A stretch of DNA of 64,000 bases, from contig JAQGDQ010000001.1 of assembly GCA_030141605.1 (NCBI GenBank), positions 1,426,001-1,490,000 on the forward strand, written 5' to 3'. Source of the stretch: Tubiluchus corallicola (taxonomy: Eukaryota; Animalia; Priapulida). The notes under the pieces are model-generated. The model saw nothing but the letters and a program-made list of their open reading frames with translations. It searched no databases and was not told the origin of the DNA. Both the position numbers and the translations under genes were made by a program. Shown here in pieces: positions 52,824 to 64,000 of the stretch; the stretch's first letter is position 1; each line of letters starts with the position of its first letter.

Positions 52824-53813
52824 ATGCACAGAGAACGTGATACCCAATTAACAACTGACATTAGAGCACCACAAACGCAGAATAGGCGATGGTCTGTGGT
52901 CATTACCTTCTTTGGAACTTGGGCTATTGTAATCGGTGGTTACATCTTGCTCGGCATTGGTATCTTTATCTCAGATCAGAAATTGATATGGGTTGGTTTG
53001 GCTGTTTGGGGTATCGGCATATGTCTTTGTTGCTCCCGACGTTATAAGCGTCAGTTTGGAAATGGTCAAGTTCTCTCCAATTCAAATGGACAAACCAATG
53101 CTAGCACCTCATCTAGTCATGTTGAAAGCAATACTAATATTCCTACTGTCAGTTCAAACATTGGGTTTTATCCACCTAGTTTTCCACCACCTTACGAGTT
53201 TATTGCTGGCAAATTACCAAGTTATGATGAAGCACAGTCAGGAAATATCAATGATTCAGTGTCATCCACTAATAACTATAGCCCACCTGGCTCATCGAGT
53301 GCTGTTATCAGACCATCTCTGTCCTATAATGCACCGCCTCCGTACCTAAGCAATGCTATCTCATCTACACAATTTTGCAATCCAGTTGATTTTCGAGCTG
53401 CCATGGAGAGATCCTTACAAATACAGCTAATGCATGATTCATTCCAATCAAGTTTGTCCTATCACAATAACAATACAGAAAACACGAATTGTTCACAAGC
53501 TGTTGCGGAAAACGGATCAACAAATATTGAAACTGAGTGTAACGATACAACGTCAGCAGTGATGAATCATAACTTTGTAGAAACTAGTACAACAGCTTTG
53601 TTACCTAGTTCAGATATGGAGCCTCAGTTGCCTTCCATTACTGATAGTAATGTAGCTAATGTTGATTGTGCAACATATGACAATTATGGATACGATGAGA
53701 GTGAGTCAGCAGATAATGAGAATAATGAGACACTGTCACATGAAGGATACAGTTGTGTTAGTGTCAGTGAAATTGAACTCGATACAAATCATAATACCCA
53801 TCACTCAGTTTGA
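52824..53813 (+). CDS. Uncharacterised membrane protein (two N-terminal TM helices, Cys cluster, PPxY/LPxY motifs, acidic disordered tail)
   Basis: 329-codon uninterrupted ATG-initiated ORF in AT-rich DNA. Hydrophobic segments at ~aa24-51 and ~55-71, then CLCCSRRYKR; PPPY, LPSYDEA, PPPY and YDNYGY motifs. Confidence 0.75.
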   Translation: MHRERDTQLTTDIRAPQTQNRRWSVVITFFGTWAIVIGGYILLGIGIFISDQKLIWVGLAVWGIGICLCCSRRYKRQFGNGQVLSNSNGQTNASTSSSHVESNTNIPTVSSNIGFYPPSFPPPYEFIAGKLPSYDEAQSGNINDSVSSTNNYSPPGSSSAVIRPSLSYNAPPPYLSNAISSTQFCNPVDFRAAMERSLQIQLMHDSFQSSLSYHNNNTENTNCSQAVAENGSTNIETECNDTTSAVMNHNFVETSTTALLPSSDMEPQLPSITDSNVANVDCATYDNYGYDESESADNENNETLSHEGYSCVSVSEIELDTNHNTHHSV

Positions 53814-55683
53814 TGCATTCTGATATTATTTAACCAATTCTAGTGCAAATGCATATAACATTATGATCTACATTTTCTATAACTAATTATTATTATTATC
53901 ATCATCATAATTATTATTTATCTTGGACATAATGAAAAATTGTTTGTGGAGTTCCATGTAAATTATCTTTATTTATGAAAATGTGTTCACTGGAGTTATA
54001 ACTGAAGTGACCTCCTCTTAAGTATTAAAATATATTAATTGTTGGCACAGAACATTTTTAAACTGTTAAAGTAAAAGTGTAAAATTACTGATGTAATTAA
54101 GTGTATATTAATGCTGTATTAATCAGTATTAAAAAGGCGCTGTACACTTTTCTAAAAGTTAGAAATGTTTTTTGTGTTTTTTTCCATTTCAGAAAATTGT
54201 AACTGTGGATGTTGATTATGTGAGTATACAATTATAAACAACTTGCATAATCAAAAGTAAAATATCAATTGTTAATATAAAATAAGTTGAACAGAAAATG
54301 TAAACATAACTGTGATAAACCTTGTTTAGTCTTAATTTGGTATAAACCTTTGTTGTGCCAAATAATCCAAATCAAATGCTAATAGCTAAAATTGAAATAT
54401 GTTATGAGACATACTTTTGTACTAAATGTAACTTACTGAATTCACTGTAAGTTAAATACACTTACAGTAACATTTCTACATGACTCAGTGAGCCAAAGAA
54501 GTGAAATAAATAAAAATATTTTTTTTTGCATACTTGGGCTGCAGACCTCCTCAGCTTCCAGTAATTCAGCACTTAATATTTTTCCTGTATATAAGGTGAA
54601 AGGTTAATAGATGATATTTTAATTTTCCTAGTAGTGGAAGTTGCATCATTGTAATTAATCTTATGAGATTGGTAATAGTGTATTATTTTTACTGGTTTAT
54701 GTAGCATGTTTATACAAACTATGCTATTAAAAATTATATTTCTCCAAGAAAGAGCCCAACATGAGCCTGTGGTCCTTCTTAGTTTTCTCTGCTGTCCCCA
54801 CTAGTTTTCTCTGTTAGTTCTGGATTATTACAACTTAGCAAGAAAAAGTCATAAAGGTTGTTTTTGACTAAACATGCTACAATATCAAATTTTTGAGCTT
54901 TGGACCCATTGGTGTTCATAATATTTGTTTTACAAAAACGGACATATTTTACCTATTTATTTTATTTTTCATTATTTTACAAGTGCATAGGTAGATTCAC
55001 AGAGTGCACATGCAGTTTTCAAAACCGCATTGTTTATGGAGCCATTCGTCTTATAACCCTATAAACCTATAATTCGGTTAAAGCAATGGACTATGTCCAG
55101 CAAAAATATTACATTGTACATCTGCATGTTTATCCAAATATTTTTAAACATGAAAAATATTCCAAAACTATGAAACTTATAAATATTAATAGCAATTAAT
55201 AGCCTCAAAAAACTGGCATAAAGGAGTAGACCATACAGTGTTACTTTGAAATACTAATTACATTTTGACAAACAGTCATTCAAATGAAGACTCACCTTTT
55301 ATAATGGTTGATTTTATTCTGCAGCTTTTCTGATGTTCTTATTAGTTATTCAATAAATGCTCCCTAATCAATCATATTTACATATAATACTATCACACTA
55401 AATTCCTTATAATATCCCAGTGCAAAGTTTTTAAAAACATGCAAAAAAAATAATGTCAAAAGGACATGAGCAAATATGATTGAATGCAGCTAGTTAACTC
55501 ATGTCACCTCATTTGTTGTTTGTATTATCTAACGTGATTGTCAGCAGGAAGTATCATGCACACCTTTGAGCTGTTAATAAGAACAACTGGCTTATTTATC
55601 AGTCCTTCTACATTGATCATTTTCAATGATTGATTAATTAATTACATTATAATTTCAGTGCTCACTGCTCAAGCACATGACTG

Positions 55684-57841
55684 TTACAAATTATGTGGTG
55701 GCTCAGTTTGTCCATAAAGCCCAGCTTGTGGAAAGTACCCAATGATCTCTCCAGTTCTTTCCAGTCTGCAGTTGTCCATGAGTTCCGCATTTTGAGGGTA
55801 TTTTGATGCAACTTCCATCCCAAAGTCTAACAACAGCCGGTAATTTGCTTTAATGATTGCTCCCCTTTCATCAAGTTCACGTTGTAATAGTAGGTGAATT
55901 CCTTCATGAACCAAAAACGCATTGTCCAGAATGTGAAATTCATAGTTTTGCAAGCACATTTCATAAGCTTGCTGAATTTTATTTGAGCCATAACCTTTGA
56001 ACCGTTCATCATACATGGGCTCTTTGTTGTCACCTGAACAGGAAAACAAAGATGTATCAGAATAAAATTCTTTATAAGCATGTGTTTACATCATTTGATT
56101 AGTGCCTATTCATTTGATGACAAATATAGAAAGAGCAATTGTAATAAATTAAATTTTGATTGTGCTTCTTAAAAAATACATAGTTAACCTTAACATTTTC
56201 ATTTTATCGTCTGTCTCCATGTTTCATGTTTTTGCAAAATTTTATAGCTGACATGTAAAATGCTAATAGTTTAATACCCAATATCGTGTCTATTCAGAGA
56301 GGTTCATGTATACATACTGTACCTTGTCAGTTCTTATTATGCTGAACATTTTTCTCTCAGAGCAATTTAATTTCATTTCTGTCGAGAATTCCATTTATGG
56401 ATTAATAAATCATCATAATCAGTGGATTTGTTACTGGCAGAAAGCCTTTAGTACCTAACTATCATTAGGTGAAATAGTGCCGGTGAAATATGCTATAGAT
56501 ACCTACCTATAAATACTGGCTCCCAGAATGGAGGTACCCATTTCGTAATGAAGAATATATCCAGGTTTGATGATATATGAGTTGTGTTTACCCACATATC
56601 ATAATATGGTATTTTGTGACATATTCCGCATCGATTCTATGAAAAAGAAAATGTGTGTTATCTTACGCTTGTACATATCGCCATTAATGAATCGTCTACT
56701 TTTATTATGTTCAGGAATTCTTCACCATTGTTGGGGACCATAACGTTTTTATACAAGTAACTTATTTCGTAACTCTTTATCTTTCAGTTGTGCACATGTT
56801 ACAATTTACTAAATTATTGTCCTGTGTGTTGACCACCCATATGCCTTGCTTACTGTACCACCTCATGGTGCTCTGTTGGTTTTTATTAGTTAGTGGCAGC
56901 AGGTATAGTGTAATTTTCGCACATTGTATTTTTATTATCAACTTATTATTCTAGCCAACATATTAATATTATTGACTTTTTACCTTGTGAAAATATACTG
57001 ATTTTCCTTTGTGAATTTGACTAACAAGCTCAAGTTTGTCAGTTGGAATTTTCTCTCCATGCTCTACTTCAAACACAGGCAGCACATAAACAATCTTGTG
57101 CCCCACCCATCGTTCATCTGGGTTCATTTGATGTCTGTCCGTCATGTGCAAGAACTTTTCCTCTAAGTTCTTGCTTGGCTTTAACTCTATGTCCATCACC
57201 AACACATAATCGGTTTTGACTGTATCACGAGCTGTATTTCTACCTGCATTGACTGGATACAATCCATACTTCTCTGTCACTTTTCCGGATACAATCGGAA
57301 ATTTCAGTTTGTCACAAGGCAACTTATCTAAGTCTAATTTTTCTGGAATAAAGCCACTTTTAAATCTTACATCTGCAGGGTAAAAGAAAGAAAATGTTGC
57401 TTGATTTTCTATACTAGGATAGCATTTTCTTAATAATTGCACAGTCTGATCAGCTACCATGTATGTATCCCCGGGAGCATACACTGCCACTGCAATGGGA
57501 CCATCCCATCTTGCAGTCAAGTCTATGAGATTATGTAAATATTCTACAGAGCCTTGTGTAGCAATTGTTACTCTATTTTTTTGGTAACGTTCTTTTGATT
57601 GGTAAACAGCAATCAACTTTCTGTACACTGTTCTTTTCCCAATCTGTACCAGTAGAGTTTCTAATTCTGGCTGGTTACCTGACCTTAACTCATCATTGAA
57701 AACAACAGCTGCCCATACAAAGATACCAAAAAGTCCAAAACACATAAGTGCTGTGTTCCTCTCGTAGGTCGTCCATCTGTGTCGGAACAGAAACATTCGA
57801 CGTAGGCTTATCCATCTCTTGACTGCATGGAAGATACCCAT
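55684..57841 (-). CDS. B4GAT1: Beta-1,4-glucuronyltransferase 1-like (GT49 family, type II membrane protein, 3 coding exons, ~445 aa)
   Basis: Exons 56984-57841, 56507-56636, 55684-56033 (GT-AG, in phase). N-terminal TM; VTIATQGS, RWDGPIAVAVYAPG, YPVNAGRNTAR, VLVMDIE, VYVLPVFEV, C..CH, WEPVFIG, YDERFKGYG.NKIQQ and ILDNAFLVHEG are GT49 motifs. Probable non-coding 5' exon with donor near 58656 and acceptor near 58226. Orthology versus a lineage-specific paralogue is not resolved. Confidence 0.88.
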
Positions 57842-59432
57842 CACTTGCTTTTACTGCTCCCTTCTCTTTAGCAACACCTTTCAAAGCATGACATTTCTGT
57901 CAGGGTTGATGATGTGTGGATTAGTACTTCCTGCAGTCAGCTATCAGTATGGGAACCGTGCTCAGTGATAATCACTAATGGAATTTGACTTGTCAACGCG
58001 TAACAACGTAATTCAAAAAATGTGCCGTTAAGACTGCCTTTTAATATTGAAGACAATAATGCTGTTGCAACTTGTAATCTCGTGCTCATGTTGCAGTCCT
58101 AATCTTCGGCAAGAGAATACTTGGTAAGAATTTTTTTTTGCAAAACAGCACCTACGAGCACACTTTTTGTATTTCTCTTATGGTGTGATGTTACAAAACT
58201 GAGATGAGTGTGGTCACATGTCTGCCTGAAATAGAAGTGGTAGAAAATTGGTGATCAAATTACTTTGGCTGTGCTTAGCTACACATGTGTACAACATTAC
58301 CCAGTAGGCGGCAGAGTTCCATCTTATGCAAACAATGGGTGCACACTGTATTTTCTAATTTGCTCTAGGAGGCTAAGTAATTTAACTGGACTTGGTAAAT
58401 GTTAAAAAGCTGTGAGTGAACTCTCTCTATCACACACACTCACTTTAGCACTTTATAATTATCTGTAATTAATTTCTATATAGTCCATTCATCTTAAAGC
58501 TTGAAAAAATATAGTTTTGCATAGCTTGTGTGGTTTAACCTGGGTGCATTTGCTTCATTATCGTCAATTGCAAACAACGAGCTATTAATATTCATAGTCA
58601 TTGGAAAAAATCAAAATATACCAGACTACTAGTGTGTTAAATATTTTCTCCTTACCTGAAATGTGGCGAAAACAATAAGCAATTCAGAGTACACAGTACA
58701 GCTGAGTTTGAATCAAGCTAAAAACGAAAGCAGAAGTGTTGCTAGAGCAAAACAGGTTTACACAGAAAGCGGGTAGAAATATGGAGAGGGAAATATAGGG
58801 CACTGACCCTGCATAACGCAAGTGAGCACGTCAAAAGCTACTGCCTGATCTAGACTGTCCGTTGTCGTGTGTGCCTAACAACCAATCTGAACAGCTTATG
58901 ACAAAATTAGTGAATTATTGATATGCTGCTTGTGCAAATGTACATGCTAATACGCATGCAAAAATAACAAAACTAACATTAATATTATTTTTGCAATATT
59001 GTACTTAACAGATATTGTTAAATTTTGAAAACTTTTTAATTTTTGTAACTGAATCAAATTCGATGTGTTTTTCGCTTTGTGCTTGATGAAGTTTCTTGTA
59101 CATGTAGTTTGTACTTTTTACTTGCTGATGATTACACACAAGAAATATTCGGATGCGATCCTTTTCAGTAGTAGAATGCAATTTAGACTTTCTACATTTT
59201 CTATTCCATTTTTAGTGTAATTGTTTTTATCCTTTAGCCCTAGAGAGTGTAACTGTAGTCAAGTTTAGCATTTGATTAAGAATTTATTGCAATCACAGGT
59301 TTACTTTTTGTCAAACCCAGATATACAGTCACAGTAGCACAATACATTTATACAGAATTTTTTAGGGCTAGGACTTTATCAAAGCTAGTCACACCAGGGC
59401 TTAGAGGTAAAAATGGTACGATGTATACCTAA

Positions 59433-60546
59433 AGAGGCGTTCACAGGCGTCCGGAATGCGTTATGGGCTATAATCTCCGGAATAAATGATGCACAATTGC
59501 ACAGCGCAATGTGGAACGGTGTCAAACATGGTGGCTTCAAGGAACTGCCGCGTTGAAAACGATGTCATCATTGCCGTAGGAACTTATTTTGCAACAAAAA
59601 TAATCGAGATGTGGAGTCCATCCCTACAGCTGGGCCTGGACGTCGGACGACGGAATGTTTCGACTATATTTCAATAACGATAACTCCGGAGCAGTTTGAC
59701 CAGCTTTCGATTATTCTGGGCAAGGGCTTGAAAAATTTCACGTAGCCATTTGTTTCAGGTAATTCCATATAATACTACTAGCGATAGAATAAAACTGCAA
59801 CATATTATAACCAATTTTTGAATTCAAACTTGACCGAAAAATATTGAATATCAAAAAAGTTTTCCAAACCCTGGATTTGAAATAAGTTTTTTAGGTTACA
59901 TTTCCAGCACAACACGATAGTGCTTAAGATAGTCTCGAAGTAATTAACTAATTGTCTGTTAAAGTCATGGTTTTAATATCGTTACTATCAGAACTATAAG
60001 ACTGACAAAGAATCTGGAATTAAACTAAGGCTATTTTGATGTCACGATGGATTCACTTCCCGGGGGGGGGGGACTCTGTAGTTTCCATACATCATACAGA
60101 ACTTGTATTCTAGTCTTTGCTTTTGATCCATGCAGTCCAGGATTTCCAATAATTTCTTGTTTCAGAAATTTAAATAACAATCGTCGATTCCATTTGGACC
60201 AAAAGTCTAGAAACAAGACTAATATTTTATATTGTTTAGTGGGAGGAGAAAAATGGTGGGGGTGAGAGAAAGAGAGATAGTGTAAGAGAGTGGATCTACA
60301 CTGTTACTCCTGCTACGACTACGTTAATGAATTTTCGCGAGGATACGTGTACAGAACGTAACAGGATTTTGTTGCTAATATAGTACGTTACAGTACGTAA
60401 CAGGATATCGCTACCCCGACTTTTCCGCAAATGCAGGTTCCACAAGGCATAATGCATAATGCAAGGCTGATAAATGGTGCATTGAAAACAGTATATTATA
60501 GTGATTTCTACCTATAACGCATTCCGGATTTCTAGCAAACGCCTTT
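59433..60546 (+). mobile_element. PIF/Harbinger-like non-autonomous element, probably with a nested insertion
   Basis: TAA on both sides. Left AGAGGCGTTCACAGGCGTCCGGAATGCGTTA versus right-end reverse complement AAAGGCGTTTGCTAGAAATCCGGAATGCGTTA. Internal SDDGMFRLYF/ITPEQFDQL resembles a Harbinger transposase N-terminus. Confidence 0.65.
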
Positions 60547-62779
60547 TAAGTTTATTTTTTCTGGAAAACAGCTAGGACCGAAGTTTGTACCAGGGTGCAC
60601 ATGGTTAAACAATCTAACATATAAAATGTAAAATTGGAATATAGATTTCTTTTAATTAAAATTTGCCTAGTCGACCTTTAATTAAGTTTCTAAGCGAATG
60701 TTTAATCACCAGAAACACGTTGGCACTATTACAGGTGATAAAATGTATATTTACTATACTTCAGAATGTGATAGAGTTTGAAAAATCGTTCTGTTTCCCG
60801 TTAAGTATACTTTTTCTTCTTTGACGTATAGTTTATGGCAATCTGATTCTTCATCATGTCTTTTTATCTGTTTATCACTTTCGATATGTCATTTTCGATA
60901 CTTTCAAAAGTTCCCATGCTTTATGGGAATGTTACTTAATGGCTGTTTTTGTTACAAGATTTGACAATCACTGATAGCGACATGAAAAGTCTTGAGGTAC
61001 TATTACCTTTTATTGTACAAATAAAAACAATTCGAATGACTAGTTACACAATTTAACGGTTTGTCATGTGAAGTAGTGAATAAAAATAGTTAATCATCCA
61101 TTATGGCTTGACTTAATTATTATTTTAGTCAGTTTATCATCATACAGGCTCACCTAGGTTTCTTTAAACTTACTAGACAAATTGTGATCATCTGTGCAGA
61201 AACAAAATGCACCATAAATACGTGATTATGTAAAATAAAATAAGTAAAACTTCCTGTTCTTGCCTTATAATTTAACATAACCAAATACCACGTTGATTTT
61301 GGCGTTTATCAATTTAACAACTTACTTATAATGAACTTAACTTTCTTAATTATAAGTGACTAGTTATTTGCCAGTAAACTCACAGTGCATTATATTTTTT
61401 AAGATGAGTATTATAGCTGGATATAATACGTAACATTTAATTATGACACTCATAATAAAAGTAATTTCACATCTGGTTGTCCAGTCCTACCTAGCAACAT
61501 GTGTCACTCAGCTTTTGTCTGAAGTTCTACATCTTATGCTTGGTTTTACAGGCTATCATGAGAACGAATTTCAACATTATTACTGTATTAAAACACCTAT
61601 AACAACTATATTTTTAGCAGAGTAACACATTTTACAATTTCAATATTTCAAAATAATGTTACAAAAAAACTTAAAACTAATGACTCAGTGAAAATTTTAC
61701 TGAGTATCGAACAGGTTTTATAAATCTTCAATAAAAGCATAATGATTTTAAACTACTGCAATAAAGTACTATATGTCTACTAGAAAATAACTATTTTGCC
61801 TTGTAATACTGTAATAGCGATGTCTTGACTCCAACTAACTGATAATTTCATACAAAATACTGTACTTGGCATGACGTCTTACCTACTATAATAATACTGA
61901 CGCCAACAAATTAATAAATATCAATATTTACAATGTTTATTTCCAGTCTTGGTCACATAAAAGAGAGTATTATAATAGACTGGATGAAAACCAACAACTA
62001 TACACATAGAATTAATGTAACCAACCTGAAGTTAATATATGCATTAAAGGATTAAGCAGTTCTCAACTGTTTATAATTTCAAACTCTAGGTGTACTCCCT
62101 GTACGTTTAACAATAAGGTTAAATCTAATCATTAATGGCACCGTACATGTAATAACATCCACCAGGTAAAGATCTCTAAACGGCTATAATTTTGTTCTGG
62201 GTTAATTCTATTTAAGCTGCTCATAAACAAGCTATTTCCCAGCACTACTGTGTTCTCAAATCATATAAAAATTTACAGAATTTATCTTTACAGAAAGATA
62301 AACCAGCTCCCACTAATATCATAGTAATACAACTACCAATAACTTAAATTGTATTTATAAAAGAATTAGTATAGCGTATTGAGCACCATAATAGCTATAA
62401 ACAATATAAATAACAGTTACATATACCTAAAAGTACAATGTGATATTCACAATGCAGATGACCCAAACTGTATTCCACTCAATGAATGTTATTAAAGCCA
62501 GCATTGTAGGCAATCAAATTTCTTGGGCTTTATAAATGGGAAAGTGTTTTAACAGTACACTTTAAAAATTGTAACAGTTCTTATCTCACAGATGAAATAC
62601 AGATATGCCTGTCTTTGGCTTAAGATTTTTGATATTTCTTTGGCTTATAAGAGCTTTCAAATCAGTCCTTGATTTGAGATGGTTGAAGCAAATCTTTGAC
62701 TTGAGACATGTCTCCCTTACATGTATACAACACAGGTAGCAATTTGAAAATATTGCACAGAAGAACACTATAGCCAACA

Positions 62780-63814
62780 TCAGTATGGTGCAAACCTGTT
62801 ATAGGCACCTCTGTACACAGCCTACATAACAGACAAATCTCAGTTTAAATGTTTATTTGTACATACTTTATGACGTAATAATATTTAAAGTATTCAAAAA
62901 TAAAAATTTTATATAAATACCAAGTATCACTTTTGATGTTTATAAAAAGCTTTCCTTTGACATATTGGCCTGACATATTTGACAGGGAATATCACTGTCG
63001 CTGGAATATATATATATAATAATATGGAATATAATATATATATATATATATAACTGTTTTACGGACTTATAAAGTATACAGTCACTTACCCCATAACCAG
63101 TAACTGGCCCTATACTGTGACCGGCTGCCAAGTATGGATCAACAAATTCCCTGCCATACCTGCAAAAATGATATGTGTATGTACCGTGAAAGTTTCATAA
63201 AAAAGTAAAAACTTTAAATTTATCTATTATGACTTAAACCACGAAAAAGTGTAATTAACTGGCACATCATTTCACCATGAGAGGAAAAGAGGAAAAAGTG
63301 GTACATTCAATTACTCCTGCACTTACAGTTTGCCATTTCAGAGGTAAATTTTGACTATACAGAATACGGCACTTTGTGTGCGAGTCTATTCTTTTAATAA
63401 CAACCCAAGTCCTTCTACTACAGTATTGCACTCTGTAGAAATCAAGTTTCATCAAAACATGTATTCCATTAAAACAGGTTGAATGTGTTTCTATTTTGAG
63501 CCATGGATGTTGGCAGTATTGCCAAGTTTATTTCAAACATGCAAAAATAGGCCTAGCCAGGTATTTTCTTCTAACTACCTGGTTGGTTTCATTGCTCTGG
63601 CTTATTCATTAGCATGAGATGTTCGTCCCTAGCACTCCTAGACCTTCCAAATGACTAATTCTAATTGTTAAACAAAATAATCCATCTTTGAGAAAGAAAA
63701 GACTTACCCTACTGTGTATGCCCCTGGGACAGTAGCTGGCTGTGCGGCTGATGCAGGTATAGTAGCTCCTGCTGCCGGGTAGGCTCGTGGTACATAACCT
63801 GCTGGATACGCTGC
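62780..63814 (-). CDS. RBFOX1: RNA-binding protein Fox-1 homolog, last three coding exons (gene continues beyond the window)
   Basis: Exons 63708-63814 (AAYPAGYVPRAYPAAGATIPASAAQPATVPGAYTV), 63090-63159 (GYGREFVDPYLAAGHSIGPVTGYG) and 62780-62821 (AVYRGAYNRFAPY*). The terminal NRFAPY PY-NLS and YGRE..DPY...G.GPV.GYG are characteristic of Rbfox C-termini. Splice phases are consistent. Confidence 0.9.
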
Positions 63815-64000
63815 CTGTATTAATAAAACAGAATGTTCACTATATAAACACTATGATTATGATGATCATATAAAATGAGGTACATTAATAACAAAGAACA
63901 TTAGCATATATGTGGACTTTATCACTATCATCTAACGTGGCAGTATCTATCTATATAAAAGTTAAAACCATTTTTGTATACTAGGGCTTCGACGTGTTTT

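Overview
AT-rich, intron-rich eukaryotic DNA from an invertebrate animal, probably a protostome judging by the NELF-E and Rbfox sequences; the taxon cannot be fixed from sequence alone. Most entries in the ORF track are exon fragments or noise, so I rebuilt spliced genes by hand from GT-AG sites and frame continuity. Gene order: two tandem 10-exon quiescin sulfhydryl oxidase (QSOX) genes on the minus strand (5700-15442 and 20511-35821); NELF-E on the plus strand, head-to-head with the second QSOX (37850-49839); an intronless 2-TM protein with PPxY motifs (52824-53813); a B4GAT1-like GT49 glycosyltransferase (minus, 55684-57841); and the last three coding exons of Rbfox (minus, 62780-63814, partial). 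Introns and spacers hold many TE relics: CR1-group LINEs, a Ty3/gypsy fragment, pogo/Tigger, Harbinger, Helentron-like elements and MITEs. Most notable: (i) a LINE whose single ORF reads hydrophobic leader, 2A-like ribosome-skipping motif (DLELNPGP), PHD finger, endonuclease, with the RT core deleted; (ii) the QSOX pair differ in C-terminal anchoring, one with stalk, TM helix and basic tail, the other stalkless and ending in a bare hydrophobic tail (possible GPI signal). No prokaryotic systems or CRISPR arrays were seen. All family assignments come from remembered motifs, not database searches.
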